Below, one piece after another: positions 12,060 through 25,329 of a DNA stretch of 64,000 bases. The stretch's first letter is position 1. Every line of letters begins with the position of its first letter. The translations under genes were made by a program, and so were the position numbers. The stretch comes from Azolla caroliniana (taxonomy: Eukaryota > Plantae > Polypodiophyta), in NCBI GenBank assembly GCA_043228905.1, contig JBHGNT010000002.1, positions 26,660,001 through 26,724,000 on the forward strand. Reading direction: 5' to 3'. Under the pieces are notes generated by a model that made no database searches, was not told the origin of the DNA, and worked only from the letters and a program-made list of their open reading frames with translations.

Positions 12060-15000
12060 CCCATTAACTACACTACATGGATAGTGGAACATGTTGAATT
12101 GCTAATACGGAAGACAAACACTCCACCGAGGAAAGAATTTCCACTTGCTCCAATAAAGAAATTTGCCACATTAATGCTCCCTTCAACTTTCGTAGATATG
12201 CTTTCACTCCATGTCTACCATCAAATACAAAAGCAAAGCGGATATTCCAATTATGATGAAATCCTCAATATCTCAGAAATTTAACAATCTCCATCTCTGA
12301 TTTTGGGTCAACCTATGTAAATTGTGCAAACACCCATTGTCTAGGTATCAAATAACACCGTGATAAAACTTGCCAAATTTGAGAAATGTAACTCCAAATA
12401 TGAAAAGCAATAAGATATTGTATAAATCGATGAGTACTTTCTTCCATTTGAACAGTGCAAAAGAAAAAATTACCCGTTGCTAATCCATGACGCTTTAGAG
12501 CTAATCCCAAAGAAAATCCTCTAATCAAAACTCTCCAAATGAAGACCTTTGCTACAAGTGGCAATTTAGAATGCCAACTATGTTGTAAGATTTGCCACCA
12601 CCCAATGTGATTAGATTTGTGTAATATCCATTTTTCTTCAACCTTAGAGGATAACCATCCAAGAGACTCAATAGAGCAATGATACAAAATACTGGTAGTC
12701 ACTTGTAACAATGACGTTTGACCCGTTCAACACCAATCAAGCCACAATTGTTCTCTTATTTGTAGAGGTAAGGGACCTTGCATCAATGCAATATTTTGTA
12801 GTTGTTGCGAAATAATTAGGTGGAATGTGTAATAATTGTCGCGCTTCAGCAAAATCCAAAATTCTTTGAGATGGAGCCTCAAGTATATCTCCCACCTCTT
12901 TGACCCCCCAAACGAAACAAACGATTAAATTGAGAGTGCAATCTCTCCTTTCCTGGCCAACATAATAACCGAGAAGACACAAGCAACTCTTTTTGCAAAG
13001 AATTACAATGCTCTCTACTAGATGATGGTTTCCATACACATAACAAGAGTGCGTCTTGCCATGAGGTAACAAGGTGTTGAACACATGTACAACCTGGAAT
13101 CTTAAGTGAAATACATCCATTTAGTAATTGCCACCATGAAGCCTAAATCGTTGTCCTCCCATGTGTTAAACCCTTGTTCTAAATAACATATTGAATAATT
13201 GATATCCATGGTTATGAGTTTGAACACATATCTTGTAATAATGAAAATCTACGAGCCATCATATGCATAGATAAGTTCAATATTCCAACTCTCCCCAAGC
13301 GTTTAGGGGTTTCTACATGATTCCACGCAACCTATGTGATTCCCATCTTATCCCTCTTCTTCCACAACAAATATCGAAGATGTTGCAAAACATAATGCAA
13401 AGCCTTCTTTGTCCATGGCAACAATGGCAAGTAATATAAAATCATGGGTTCCATAATACATTGTAGAACCTTCAAACGTACATGAAATGGCCAAGATTGT
13501 TACTTCCAATACATGAACTTATCCCTCAACTTACTAGACAACCATGCAATCAATTGACAATTTGTAACATTCATTCCTTAGAATGGATAGCCTAAATATC
13601 GAAAAATAGACCCTTGCCATCCGAAACATTCCAAATCCTTTTCAGTACATCATATAATACTATAATTCGTCCAATTAATATGTAATCCAGAAGCCAATAC
13701 AAATTGGTTCCATACAAGCATCCCCTTCTCAAGATTCTCTCGTGAAGCTTGTAGAAACACGAAAGTATCATTGGCCAAAGCTTGTGCTACTAGTTGCCCT
13801 CTAGACGAAAGGTGTATACCCATAATGTCACCATTTGTTGCAAGCCTTGCTAACATCACGAACAAGGGATGAGTAACAGTAACAAACAACAATGGGCTAA
13901 GAGGGCATCCTTGAGGAACGGATCTTATGAGGGCAATATCTGATGTAAATCCCCCATTAAGCATTACTCGAGACACCACAACATGTCCTAATAAAAATAT
14001 GAGGTGAGACATACAAGGTCTAAATCCCATTGTATGCATTAACCCAGAAACAAAGGACCAATTAACATGATCATAAGCTTTCTCCAAAATCTAATTGCAC
14101 CATAATCAATTCTTGATGAGTGTTTCGAACATAATTCATGGCCATTTGAACATTCAACACATTATGCAATATATTCCTACCTGCAATAAAACCATATTGA
14201 GCGGGATGTATCAACTTTGGCAAATACTTTTGTAATCTATTTGCCAAGACCTTTGTAAATATCTTATACAAAGCCCCCATCAAAGAAATAGGTCTCCATC
14301 AATGAAAAGACTCGGGAGATGCCACCGTTGGAACTAATTTAATTAGACCAACCTTCCAAGCTTGAGGCATATGACCATAATCCCAAGAATGTTGAAACAT
14401 CAAAGTTAAGGGGCCCTTTAAAATTTTCGAATATTGCTTAAAAACGTCATTTGTCAAGCCATCCCAACTAGGGCTCTTACCATTAGGAAGATGCCTTAAA
14501 ACCGTGTCCACCTCATCCTTAGTGAAATCCACATCAATTCATGACTAATGATGTCATGCCCAATACATCCAACCACATCATAAAACTCATGATGCGCTCT
14601 ACTCACCTCATTTGTCATTAACAAATTTGGGTCAATCAACTCCTTCAAGTAATGAACACATATATCAATTTTTGTAGTAGGATATACAGTTATCAATTCA
14701 TGTCCTTGCTTCACATGTACCACATTACATCAAGCATAAGTAGGATGCAACGCTTGGAAAACCAAATGAGATTGACATTGATTATCTATGAGCCCATCCC
14801 TGAGTTGTCACATCTTAGCATAACGACAACTTTAGCATTGCAATTGAGAAATAATAACATGCAATTGACAATGGATATCCAAAAGCTCCTCATCTAATGG
14901 TGCATGTATCAATAATGCATTACACCTGGATAGAACATGTGGGGATTGTCGAAGAAGACTTGTTCTTCGTTGAGCATTTGTTACTCCATACATATGACGA

Positions 15001-15283
15001 AAGACCTTAATGTTTCGTAACATGATATCCTATGCTTTAACTCCTTTACCAAAATTTACCAAAATTTGCTCCATGAGAGAATCAAAGTGCGGTTGAAGCA
15101 AAAGAGAAGAGTTAAAGTGTAGTGGAGGCTTTCCAAGTAAAGATTTATACATGTGAATTGCATGATTACAAACCTCCAAAAATATAGAAAAGTGATCTGA
15201 AGTTCCTACATCTTGTAGAACTCTCATATGAAATGATGTTGGTAAAAAAGAATCAACGTGCATCACATACATTCTATCTAACC
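12060..15283 (-). mobile_element. L1-type LINE (copy 2, same family as copy 1): ORF2 from the end of the endonuclease to the 3' end
   Basis: RLDRMYV, SDHF, KSPSWDG, QYGFIAGR, EKAYD, QGCPLSP, zf-RVT. 12085-12750 closely parallels 8120-8760. Cut at 15283 by the copia A LTR. Confidence 0.88.
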
Positions 15284-16068
15284 TGATGGGAACTGGTCGT
15301 TCCTAATGCGCAACGCTTGGCCACAACCGAGCTTAGAATGATTCACAAAAAAAAATGGAAATAAAACATGACAAGAAGAAGGGAAGAGTGCGCGAGATGT
15401 TTACGTGGAAAACCCCAAACTAGGGGAAAAACCACGGTAGCCCACAGGCTGCAAACTATCACTAGGTTAGTATGTACAGCAGTGAGTTCACGGAGGCAAC
15501 GACCTCGTACTCACGATCTTCGCCACAGGCGGCGGTTACAATAGAGGCAACGACCTCTTTCTCTCACTCTCTCTCTGTACACAACGAGAATGACAACAAC
15601 CTCAGCCAAAAGTTTGCCCTAAGTCATATTTATACTAATATGACTTTTCAGCTATTTACAAATATAGCCTCGATGGACTCTCAGAAAACATATTTACGAA
15701 TATGTCTCTTCATCCGGTTCATATCGGGTCTGCACCATCCGGCTCTCTGTAGCCGGGTCCTCCTCGTCCTCCTCGTCCGGTTCATACCGGGTCTGCACCA
15801 TCCGGCTCTCCGTAGCCGGGTACTCCTCGTCCGGTTCATACCGGGTCTGTATCATCCGGCTCTCCGTAGCCGGGTACTCCTCGTCTGGTTCATACCGGGT
15901 CTGTATCATCCGGCTCTCCGTAGCCAGGTACTCCTCGTCCGGTTCATACCGGGTCTGTATCATCCGGCTCTCCGTAGCCGGGTACTCCTAATACGGGTTC
16001 GGCCGAGGCCGATAGTTCATCGGCACTGTTCTTCTCCCTTCCCATCCGGAGGGACCTGTCTCCCAACA
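15284..16068 (-). repeat. 3' LTR of copia A with an internal 54-bp tandem repeat (about 5 copies, 15712-15990)
   Basis: Minus strand TGTTGGGAGACAGG...GTTCCCATCA. Homologous to the solo LTRs at 34097 and 35976. Confidence 0.92.
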
Positions 16069-16078
16069 AACTCCCCCT

Positions 16079-19000
16079 TCACTCCGGCATGGGGTGTCTT
16101 ACCAGTCCGATCCTCTTCCGGCACGCACTCAGCTTGTCGGGTGTCAACACTTTGGTCAGCATATCTGACCCGTTCTCGGCCGTGTGGATCTTCGTCAGTG
16201 CGAACTCCTGGTCATCTACTCTTTCCCGGATCCAGTGATACCTCCGCTGGATATGCTTCGTCTGGGAATGGTAGGCTGCATTCTTAGCAAGGTGGATGGC
16301 ACTTTGACTGTCGCAATAGAGTCGGTATTCATCTTGTCGGATACCGAGCTCTCCGATGAAGTCCTTCATCCATAAGATTTCCTTGCCGGCTTCCACAGCT
16401 GCCATGTACTCCGCCTCCGTGGTTGACAATGCAACCGTCTTCTGCAGCCTCGATTGCCACGAAACAGCTCCCCCTGCATATGTCATCACATACCCGGATG
16501 TAGACCGGCTGGTATCCACATAAGCCGACATGTCTGAATCGGTGAAACTGTCCAGTTGAGGTTTTCCGGAGCCGAATCGGAGACACATATTTGAAGTGCC
16601 CTTCAAATACCGGAGTATCCATTTGACCGCGTTCCAGTGCTCCTTGCCGGGATTGCTCATAAACCAGCTCACCACTCCGACTACGTATCCAATGTCCGGT
16701 CGGGTACAAACCATTGCGTACATCAAGCTCCCGACGGTAGAGGCATATGGGATCTTCATCATATCCGCCTTCTCTGCTTTCGTCTTCGGGCTTTGCTTAC
16801 CGGATAGCTTGCAGTTTGCCGGAAGTGTCGATCCGACCGGTTTTGCATCTGACATGTTGAACCGGTGAAGCACCTTTGTCACGTACTTCTCCTATGACAG
16901 CCATAATTGCTTCGCTTTCCGGTTACGGATGATGTGCATCCCCAGCATCTGTCTTGCCGAACCCAAGTCTTTCATTGAGAAGGTCCGGTTGAGAGCCTTC
17001 TTCAGCATCCGTATTTTTACTTGGTCTCGTCCGACGATCAACATGTCATCCACGTAGAGGAGGAGTATCAGGAAGTCCCCTCCTTCGAACTTCTTCACAA
17101 ACACGCAGTGATCGGCCTGCGTCTTGTGGTACCCTTGATCGGTCATGAAGGAGTCGAACTTCTGGTACCATTGCCGGGGAGCCTGCTTCAGTCCGTACAG
17201 GCTCTTCTTCAACCGGCATACCAGGTGCTCCTTCCCTTTCTCCACAAATCCTTCCGGTTGCTGCATGTAGATCTCCTCTTCGAGGTCGCCGTGAAGGAAT
17301 GCCGTCTTCACGTCCAGCTGCTCTACCTCAAGGTCCATGCTTGCTGCTATACTCAGCACCGTCCGGATGGAGGTCATCTTTACTACCGGGGCGAATATCT
17401 CATCGAAGTCCACGCCCTTCTTCTGCTGGAACCCCTTCACCACGATCCTGGCTTTGTATCTCGGGGGGTTGCCGGCATCTCCCAGTTTCAACTTGTACAC
17501 CCACTTGTTTCGGAGTGCCCGCTTTCCTTTCGGCAGCTCCACCAATTCGTACGTATGGTTCTCATGCAGGGAATCCATCTCATCCTGCATGGCACTTAAC
17601 CATTTTCGGCTTTGGGTGTCTTCCTTCGCTTCTTCGAAGCTTTCCGGCTCCCCCACATCGGTCAGCAAAACATGCTCTGCATCCGGAAATCTCCGGGGCG
17701 CCCTTCTCTCTCTGAGAGGATATCTACGTCTTCGGGCTTCAGTAACCGGCTCCTCCATTTGCTCTTCATCTGAATCCGATTCGGGGTCTTGACCGGTTCC
17801 GGTCTCCGCTTCCTCTACTTCTTCTTCTGCCGGTTCGGTATCCTCACCGTAACCGGCTGGTTCCTCGAGTGCTAACCGGTCTCTTGCCGGTTGGGTCTGC
17901 TCATCGTAGAGTCTATCCTTACCGGTCGACTCGGAGTTCATTATCTTCTTCTCCGACTCCCAGTTGGCGAGCGTCTTGTCCTCCATGAAGATAATATCTC
18001 GACTCCGGAATACCTTCTTGTCGACCGGGTCCCACACTCGGTAGCCGAACTCATCGTCACCGTAACCGAGGAATATGCATGGCCGGGTCTTTGGATCTAA
18101 CTTTCCTCTCCGGTCCTTAGCTACATGCACGTACGCGAGACACCCGAACACCCTCAGATGCCGGTAGGACACTTCCTTACCGGTCCATACTCTCTGTGGC
18201 GTGTCTCCGTCCAAGGGTACTGAGGCTGATCTGTTTATCACATATGTCGCCGTCGACAATGCCTCAGCCCAAAACTTCTTGGGTAGTTTTGCATGCGCTA
18301 GCATACTCCGGACCCTCTCCATTATGGTCTAGTTCATCCTGTCGGCCAGTCCGTTTAGTTCCGGCGTCTTCGGCACGGTAAATTCGAGCCAGATTCCCTT
18401 CGAGCGGCAGTACTCCTCAAACTGCCCCCGGTACTCTCCTCCGTTATCTGCTCGAACCGCCTTCAGCTTCCGGCCGGTTTCTCTTTCCACTCTCGCGTGG
18501 AGCTCTTTGAAGACGGATAACACCTGATCCTTTGTCTTCAACGGTGTGGCCCACAGCTTCCGGCTGTGGTCATCTATGAACGTCACGAAGTACTGTGCTC
18601 CGGCATGTGACTTCGTGTCTACTTGACACACATCCGTATGCACCAACTCCAGTGGTGCATTACGTCTCATCGGTGGCCTTGGTCGGAAGGAGGTCCGGTT
18701 CTGCTTACCGGCCAGACAATCAGTGCACTTCTTTAAGTGCACGTTCTTCACTGGAATGAGGTTGTTGTTTGCAAGCCTCTTCATCCCCTTCTCACTCATG
18801 TGGCACAGCCTCTTGTGCCACAGCTCACCGGCAGTGTCGGATGCCATGTTCACTTCTTCCGGGCATAACCGGGCATTCATCAGGTACAACGTGTTTACCT
18901 TCCGAGCCCGAGCCACAATCAGGCTCCCGTTGCTGAACTTCATGACACCGTTCCGGATGCTACCCGTGTAGCCCTCATCATCTAGCCGACCGGCTGATAT

Positions 19001-20043
19001 TAGGTTCAGTCGAACCTCCGGAACATGTCGGACATCCCTCAGCAGCAACTTGCATCTGGTTGGTGTCGACAACCACACGTCTCCTATGCCGACAATTTGG
19101 CATGTACCTTCATTCCCCATCCGGACACAGCCGTGATCACCGGCTGAGTAGGATGAGAAGCATTTCCAGTCCGGGGTAAGGTGGAACAACGCTCCGGAGT
19201 CTACCACCCATGTCATCTCGTCGTCGGCAAGGTTTATCTCACACTCCTCGGTGATGAGCATCAACTCTTCTTCACTTGCCGCGATTGTCGTCGTTCCCTT
19301 CCGGTCTTTACCGTTCCGGTCCGGGGTTTGCTTCGAATCGGTACCGTCGATTTCCTTGTCTTTACGGAAATGCCGATAGTTCTTTTGGAAGTGACCCGGC
19401 TTGCCGCAATAGAAGCAAGTGGGCCTCTCCCTTGACTTTGACCGTGTCCCCGACTTCTCCCGGTTCTGGGGACTACGGTTTCTATGTCTTCCGCGTTCCG
19501 ATTCGGTAAGGAGCGCCTTGGAGTCGGAGCTCGTATCTTTATCCTTCTGACGCGCCTTCTCATCTAGCAAGCTCGACTTTACTCTTGCTAGGGATAACCG
19601 TTTTCCTTCCGGTCCGGCGTTGCCTAAAGTGACAACCAACGTCTCCCAGCTATCCGGGAGGGAACCGAGCAGGAGTAGCGCTAGTACCTCATCGGCAAGA
19701 GGTACTTCCAATGAAGTTGCCTGGTGTATCAGCCCCTGGAAGGCATTCATATGCTCCGCCATGCTGGAGCCATCTTGGTACCAGAGTCTTACTAGCTTCC
19801 GGAATACCGAAACCTGATTAACAACATTTTTGTTCTGAAACATTATGCCGATCTTCTCCCAGAGCTCATGAGCCTTGCCCTCTTCATTGAAGTTGTTGTA
19901 CAGGCTCATGTCGATGAAGCACCGTATGTACGCCGTTGTCTTCATGTGCATCACCTCCCATATCGCGGCGTCGATTTTGTCCGGTCTCTTGTCCCCGAAC
20001 TGAACCGGCAGCCAGAGGTCTTTAACCACGAGCATGTCCCTCA
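16079..20043 (-). pseudogene. Copia gag-pol polyprotein in one frame, with two TAG stops and the N-terminus missing
   Basis: CFYCGKPGH knuckle, VDSGA protease, WHKRLCH..CTDC and rve integrase, GKLD motif, YVDD RT, DSD/STTEAEY RNase H. ORFs 18329-20062, 16892-18322 and 16079-16882 are co-frame. Confidence 0.93.
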
Positions 20044-20045
20044 AG

Positions 20046-23000
20046 GATTCATTTTGGGCCAAAAATACGTGTGTCTCACCAAATAAGAAGGACGTGTGTA
20101 GACAACGAATAAGTCAGGGTAAGTACCAGATTCACCCTAGACACTTCTTGGAGATGACAGAGGTATTCCATTTTTTTATATCAATTCACATTCCATAACT
20201 TTGTGTTTTGACCAAGTGTATATTAATGTTTGCTATATATATTGGTTGATGTAGGCTGAATTGTACATGAACTTTAAAGACCAACATCCAAGCTTGACTG
20301 TTGGATTCCGCAAGTTCCAAGGTTTGAAACCATTTTATGTTAGAAAATTAAATGAGAGGAATACATGTTGTTGTGTGTACCATGTGAAGATGGACATGTT
20401 AAGGCTACCAGTGAATGCAATGCGTACTGATTCTAAGGGTATACACGGGGAATTATGTGTTTGCACTTGTGAGATTTGTAGACCAAATGGGGAGGATAAT
20501 AGGTGTAATGCACGAAACATGACTTATGCATCCGTTTTTGAGCTATGGAGGTCTTGTGTTTGTGAAAAAGAACCATCATGTGAGTGGCATCGTCGTACAT
20601 GTCTATTAAGAACATGTAAGGTTTGTCCGCTACCATTATTTTGTAGGCAGGAGCTTGATTTGGGAAATAGTCATATCGTGAAATGGAAATATTTGGAGTA
20701 TGTGACTGAAAATATTGGCAAGGGAGTTGTAACTAAGCGTATCAAGGAAGTATATAAGGAGACATGTGCTGCTACCCTTGTCTCAGAATTTAAGAAACAA
20801 CTTGGGGAGTTCATTCCACATAACTTCCGGAGTTATTGGCAAAATTCACAGTTCAAGGAATGTATTAATAACTTACCAACGGGTGTCATCGTATCCGTTA
20901 TTGATTTTGTAGAAAACTATACATTTAAAGTTCAAAATGAGGTTCAATCAATGCATTGGTACAATGATCAATGTACAATACTTGAACATATTTGCTATTG
21001 GAGGCAAGATGGTGAGTTACATAAGAAATCAATATTTTACATTTCAGATGATAAAAAGCATGATACACTATTTGTTCAACATTGTTTTAAGCTTCACCAT
21101 GCAGATTTATTTTCTCTAGGGTTAACCTTTAACCGTCATTGGGTTTGGTCAGATGGTGCAGCCTCGTAGTTTAAGGCGGCACGATCGTTCTACTTTATCG
21201 CCAGGTAATTTTTAATCCATATGTTTAGTACTTATCATGCAATGTGTAAGGAAGTAATTCTTGTGTTAGTGGATGCATACTAATTATGTTTGTAACTATT
21301 AACAAACAATACTATTCACATGGATGCATACTAATTATGTTTGTAACTATTCGAATCTTGCACTTGTGAATGGATGCATGCATACTAATTTTGTTTGTAT
21401 TATGTTGTGTGTTGTATCTGTACTAAATCAATACTTACTGAAGGATGTAAAGTACTCGTATTGTACTCTATAGTATTGTCCGTCCTTAAGAGAATTGTAC
21501 TAAGTAACTTTTAATCCATGTGAAGTGTTCTCCATAGACACATTGTACTATGTTGTGTTTACAGAAGGATGTAAAGTACTCATCTTGTACTCATAGTATT
21601 GTCCGTCCTTAAGAGAATTGTACTAATTATCTTTTTATCCATGTGAAGTGTTCTCCATAGACACATTGTACTATGTTGTGTGTTGTATCTGTACTATGTT
21701 GTGTTTACAGAAGGATGTAAAGTACTCATCTTGTACTCATAGTATTGTCCGTCCTTAAGAGAATTGTACTAATTATCTTTTTATCCATGTGAAGGGTTCT
21801 CCATAGACACATTGTACTATGTTGTGTGTTGTATCTGTACTATGTTGTGTTTATAGGAGGATGTAAAGTACTCATCTTGTACTCATAGTATTGTCCGTCC
21901 TTAAGAGAATTGTACTAAGTATCGATTAATCCATGTGAAGGGTTCTCCATAGACACATTGTACTATGTTGTGTGTTGGTTCTGTACTATGTTGTGTTTAC
22001 AAAAGGATGTAAAGTACTCATCTTGTACTTATAGTATTGTCCGTCCTTAAGAGAATTGTACTAATTATGTTTTAATCCATGTGAAGGGTTCTCCATAGAC
22101 ACATTGTACTATGTTGTGTGTTGTATCTGTACTATGTTGTGTTTACAAGAGGATGTAAAGTACTCATCTTGTACTCATAGTATTGTCCGTCCTTCAGAGA
22201 ATTGTACTAAATCAGTATTTACTCATGTTGTACTCATAGTATTGTACTCATCTTGTACTCATCTTTTAAACACACTATGTGGTACTGATTATCTAATAAT
22301 CAATGTTCAACGTTCTCCATGAACACATTGTATTGTACTATGTGTTGTATCTATACTAAATCAGTGTTTATTGGGGGATGTAAAGTACATGTCTTGTAGT
22401 ACTAATGATCTTCTAAGGAGGGTTGTGTTCTTCGTGGACACATTATACTGTACTATCCGATATTGAACATTTTGTACTATTTATATGTTAATACATGTAG
22501 AGTGCTTTCCATGAACTCATTGTACTATACTTTGTGTTATGTCCATACTAAGTTAGTATTAAATGGATGCCAGGTACTGTTGGTCGACAACATAGTACTA
22601 TTTATCTTTTAATAAGTGTAGAGTGTTCTCAATGGATACGTTGTGCTATGCTTTGTTTTGTATTTGTACTAAATCAGTATTAATGGAAGTGTAGTACTCT
22701 CAATTGACAACATAGTACTAATTTTGTTGGAAACCTGAGATACCAAAGCAGGTATTTCTCCTTATTCAATATTCGTATGCAATGGAATTACTTCGGGTCT
22801 GGACATGGAAAAGGAGAGCATGATGGCGCGGGGGCTGTGATCAAACATGCCCTTACAAGTGAGCAGTTGGATAATAATGGTGCTAAGTTACAAAATGCAC
22901 ATGATGTTGTGCAGTGGCTAACATGGAAGATGTCAAATGATGGTAAGAACAGATTGTTTGTTGAAGTTCGCGCTGATGAGGTCGATAGAACTAAATCATA

Positions 23001-23637
23001 TGGTTGTAAAACCGTGAAAGGCACACGCAGCACCCATTGTGTGTTAGGGTTTAGCCGCAAGGACACAACACAATTGTTACTCCGTAGTTTATCATGCTTT
23101 TGTTCCATGTGTCTAGATGAAGCTTGGGATAAATGCATCAACCTATCAATCGTGGAGCCTTGGAAGCTGCAGAAGCTTGAGCCTGAACGACAAGATGATA
23201 TTGAAGAGGATGTGCATTCAAACGATATTGTATACTACAACCAAAATCAAGACTTGGCAGTTTTATTGGAAGTTGGAGATCATTTTGCAGTGCTCAAATA
23301 TCCTCAGAATGAAGATTTAGAAGACTACTACATTGTGGTGTGCAAGCAAGGAAAGACATTATTGAAAGAAGTGGTGAGGGATGGTTGGGGCAACAATTTC
23401 AACATTGGTGAGTGTGTCGTGTATGGAAACTATTATGCAAAGTTGCCGCGGTGCAAGAACACATATGCATTACTAAAAGAAGCACCCATCGCAATAATCT
23501 ACGTTGATGCCATTCTTGCGATCAAATTCAATATGACTCAAGCAAAGCACAAGGTTAAGGGATACAACACTGTCTACAAGGTCCCCCAAGAGGTTCATGA
23601 GCACATATTAGGGGAGGTCTCTCTATTTAATGCTTGA
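20046..23637 (+). pseudogene. Sola2-like DDD transposase, three visible exons (<20046-20162, 20255-21204, 22752-23637), one premature TAG
   Basis: GT-AG introns 20163-20254 and 21205-22751 both keep the frame. Motifs FW..T..SPNKKD, F..LKP, CCCVYH, DFVENY, WSDGAAS(*)FK, WNYFGSGHGKGEHDGAG, SCFC..C. TAG at 21167-21169 replaces the expected Q. Superfamily assignment is from recalled motifs. Confidence 0.8.
21440..22262. repeat. 146-bp tandem array (about 5.5 copies) in transposase intron 2
   Basis: Unit starts (GAAGGATGTAAAGTACTC and variants) at 21440, 21564, 21710, 21856, 22002 and 22148. Degenerate GTACT-rich flanks run from about 21270 to 22720. Confidence 0.93.
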
Positions 23638-25329
23638 AAGTCACCCTATCAATACATTGTACCAGAAAACTGAAAAACATCCACTTGGAGTTCACTATTA
23701 ATTTTGATGATTGACAAATGAATTGATATATTTCGTCTTTCTTCCAAAGTGTTTATGCCTCTCAACCACTTGTACTTATCTTTCATAATATATTAGTTGT
23801 TGTCAACAGGACTTGGATTTCTTCATTGCCGATATTGCTCATGTTTCCTGATGTTATTTGAGCATAGGAGTTTTGCAGAGCCATGTTAAAATGAGTAAAA
23901 ATATTGTATATCTTCTTGATAAAGTCTAGATTCATAAGAGTTGGTGTGTCCTCTGTTGGCACATAAATCTGCTCTTCTTTTGCTACCAAGAGAAGATTGT
24001 TAGTTGAATTCATTAAAGACTTTAATATTGTAAGATTTTCTACTGTAAGTTCATTCTTCAAAGGGGGCGATGAATTCTGTGAAGACAACAAAGAAAATTA
24101 TTCTCTCAGAATCCTTTTTTGTTTCATGATATGTCCTGTGAAGCCATCTGAGTTTTAACTTCTTGTATATAAGTCCTGAATATCCAGGCTATGGATTTTA
24201 AAGTATAGACCTTCCTTTCCTTAACGAAATAATCCAACTCCTGAACAAAATAATCCAACTCCTGAAACAATAATTTGTGATAGCTCAAAAAGGTAAGTGT
24301 TTCCTTACTACTGTTAGTGGATGGTTCATCCTTTGGGATGATATCATCAAAATATGGCCCACATTGCTTCAACAATTTGCACACATTCTGGTTACCCTCC
24401 AAATGGGATTGATGAAACAGTCTATACTTCAGTATAGCTTCAATAACACCCGATATTTTCTGTTTCTCATCATCAACACCTGAAAACCTAAATTTTCCTA
24501 GCAAGCTAAGAAGACTTTCAAACATTTTATCTACAATAGACTGAAAGACTTTGCGAGGATTAGGAGATGATCTCAAAAAAGAAACAAAACGCTGTAAAAT
24601 AAGAATACTTAGATCAAAAAGTATATTCCCATTGTTTTTGATATATGTTGACGAGCAAAATACAGAAGCAATCCTTAAACATGAACTTGATTTCTCACTG
24701 GTATAACTATTTCAGATTCATGAACTGGATTTTTGACATTGGCAATTGAAACAGTATTTTGGTATCCAAATAGTTCAATTTCAGACATCACTAACAACTA
24801 AAGTTCAAGTACAATCGAAAGACAATCAGGCACTAGAGGGTAACTTGGCTGATCTTGTAATGCGCTTGTTGTTGGTGCCAGATTTTTCTGATTTTACATT
24901 CTTCTTTATCTTAAAGCCTTTAGGTATGAGCTGACTAAGTGGCACTTCATCATCAGAGGCATCAGAGACAGGCGTGGATGGGCGGGCACCTTGTACTGGT
25001 GGCAAGCTTGAGAGATCAACTATGTTTTCTACAACTGCAATGCTTGTACACAAATCCACAAAGGTGCTGTCGATAGACAAATTATCACTCATCTCCTGAA
25101 TGCTTGTACTCCTAGCGATCTTTATTGCCCTATCATCATCACCGATGCCTATACACTCGTTCTTATTAGACTCCTGTATGTGGACTGTGGCAGTAGTCAT
25201 GGTCAACTCCTCTTGTACGGTGGATGTCACCTCATTCATAAGACAACGTGTACCTGCTTGGGTGGTCGTTATTGCCTGGTCCTCTTGGGTGATGCTAGTA
25301 TGCTCGCTCTGAGTACAATCAGGCCCCCC

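Larger units (their letters stand above)
15284..20043 (-). mobile_element. Ty1/copia element A (Tnt1/Tork-like), 5'-truncated: no 5' LTR or PBS
   Basis: 3' LTR 15284-16068 (TG...CA), PPT GAAGGGGGAG next to it, and gag-PR-IN-RT-RH order. Confidence 0.93.

Noticed and set aside
15472-16287. 271-aa ORF with repeats, and similar ORFs at 35953-36364
   Set aside because: Produced by the 54-bp LTR repeat (a multiple of 3) being open in several frames.
18329-18331. Programmed stop read-through in copia A pol
   Set aside because: The stops lie inside integrase and RT rather than at a gag/pol border, so they are best explained as mutations.
21440-22262. CRISPR-like array next to a nuclease-fold gene
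   Set aside because: Units repeat over their full length with no unique spacers, there are no cas genes, and the context is a eukaryotic intron.
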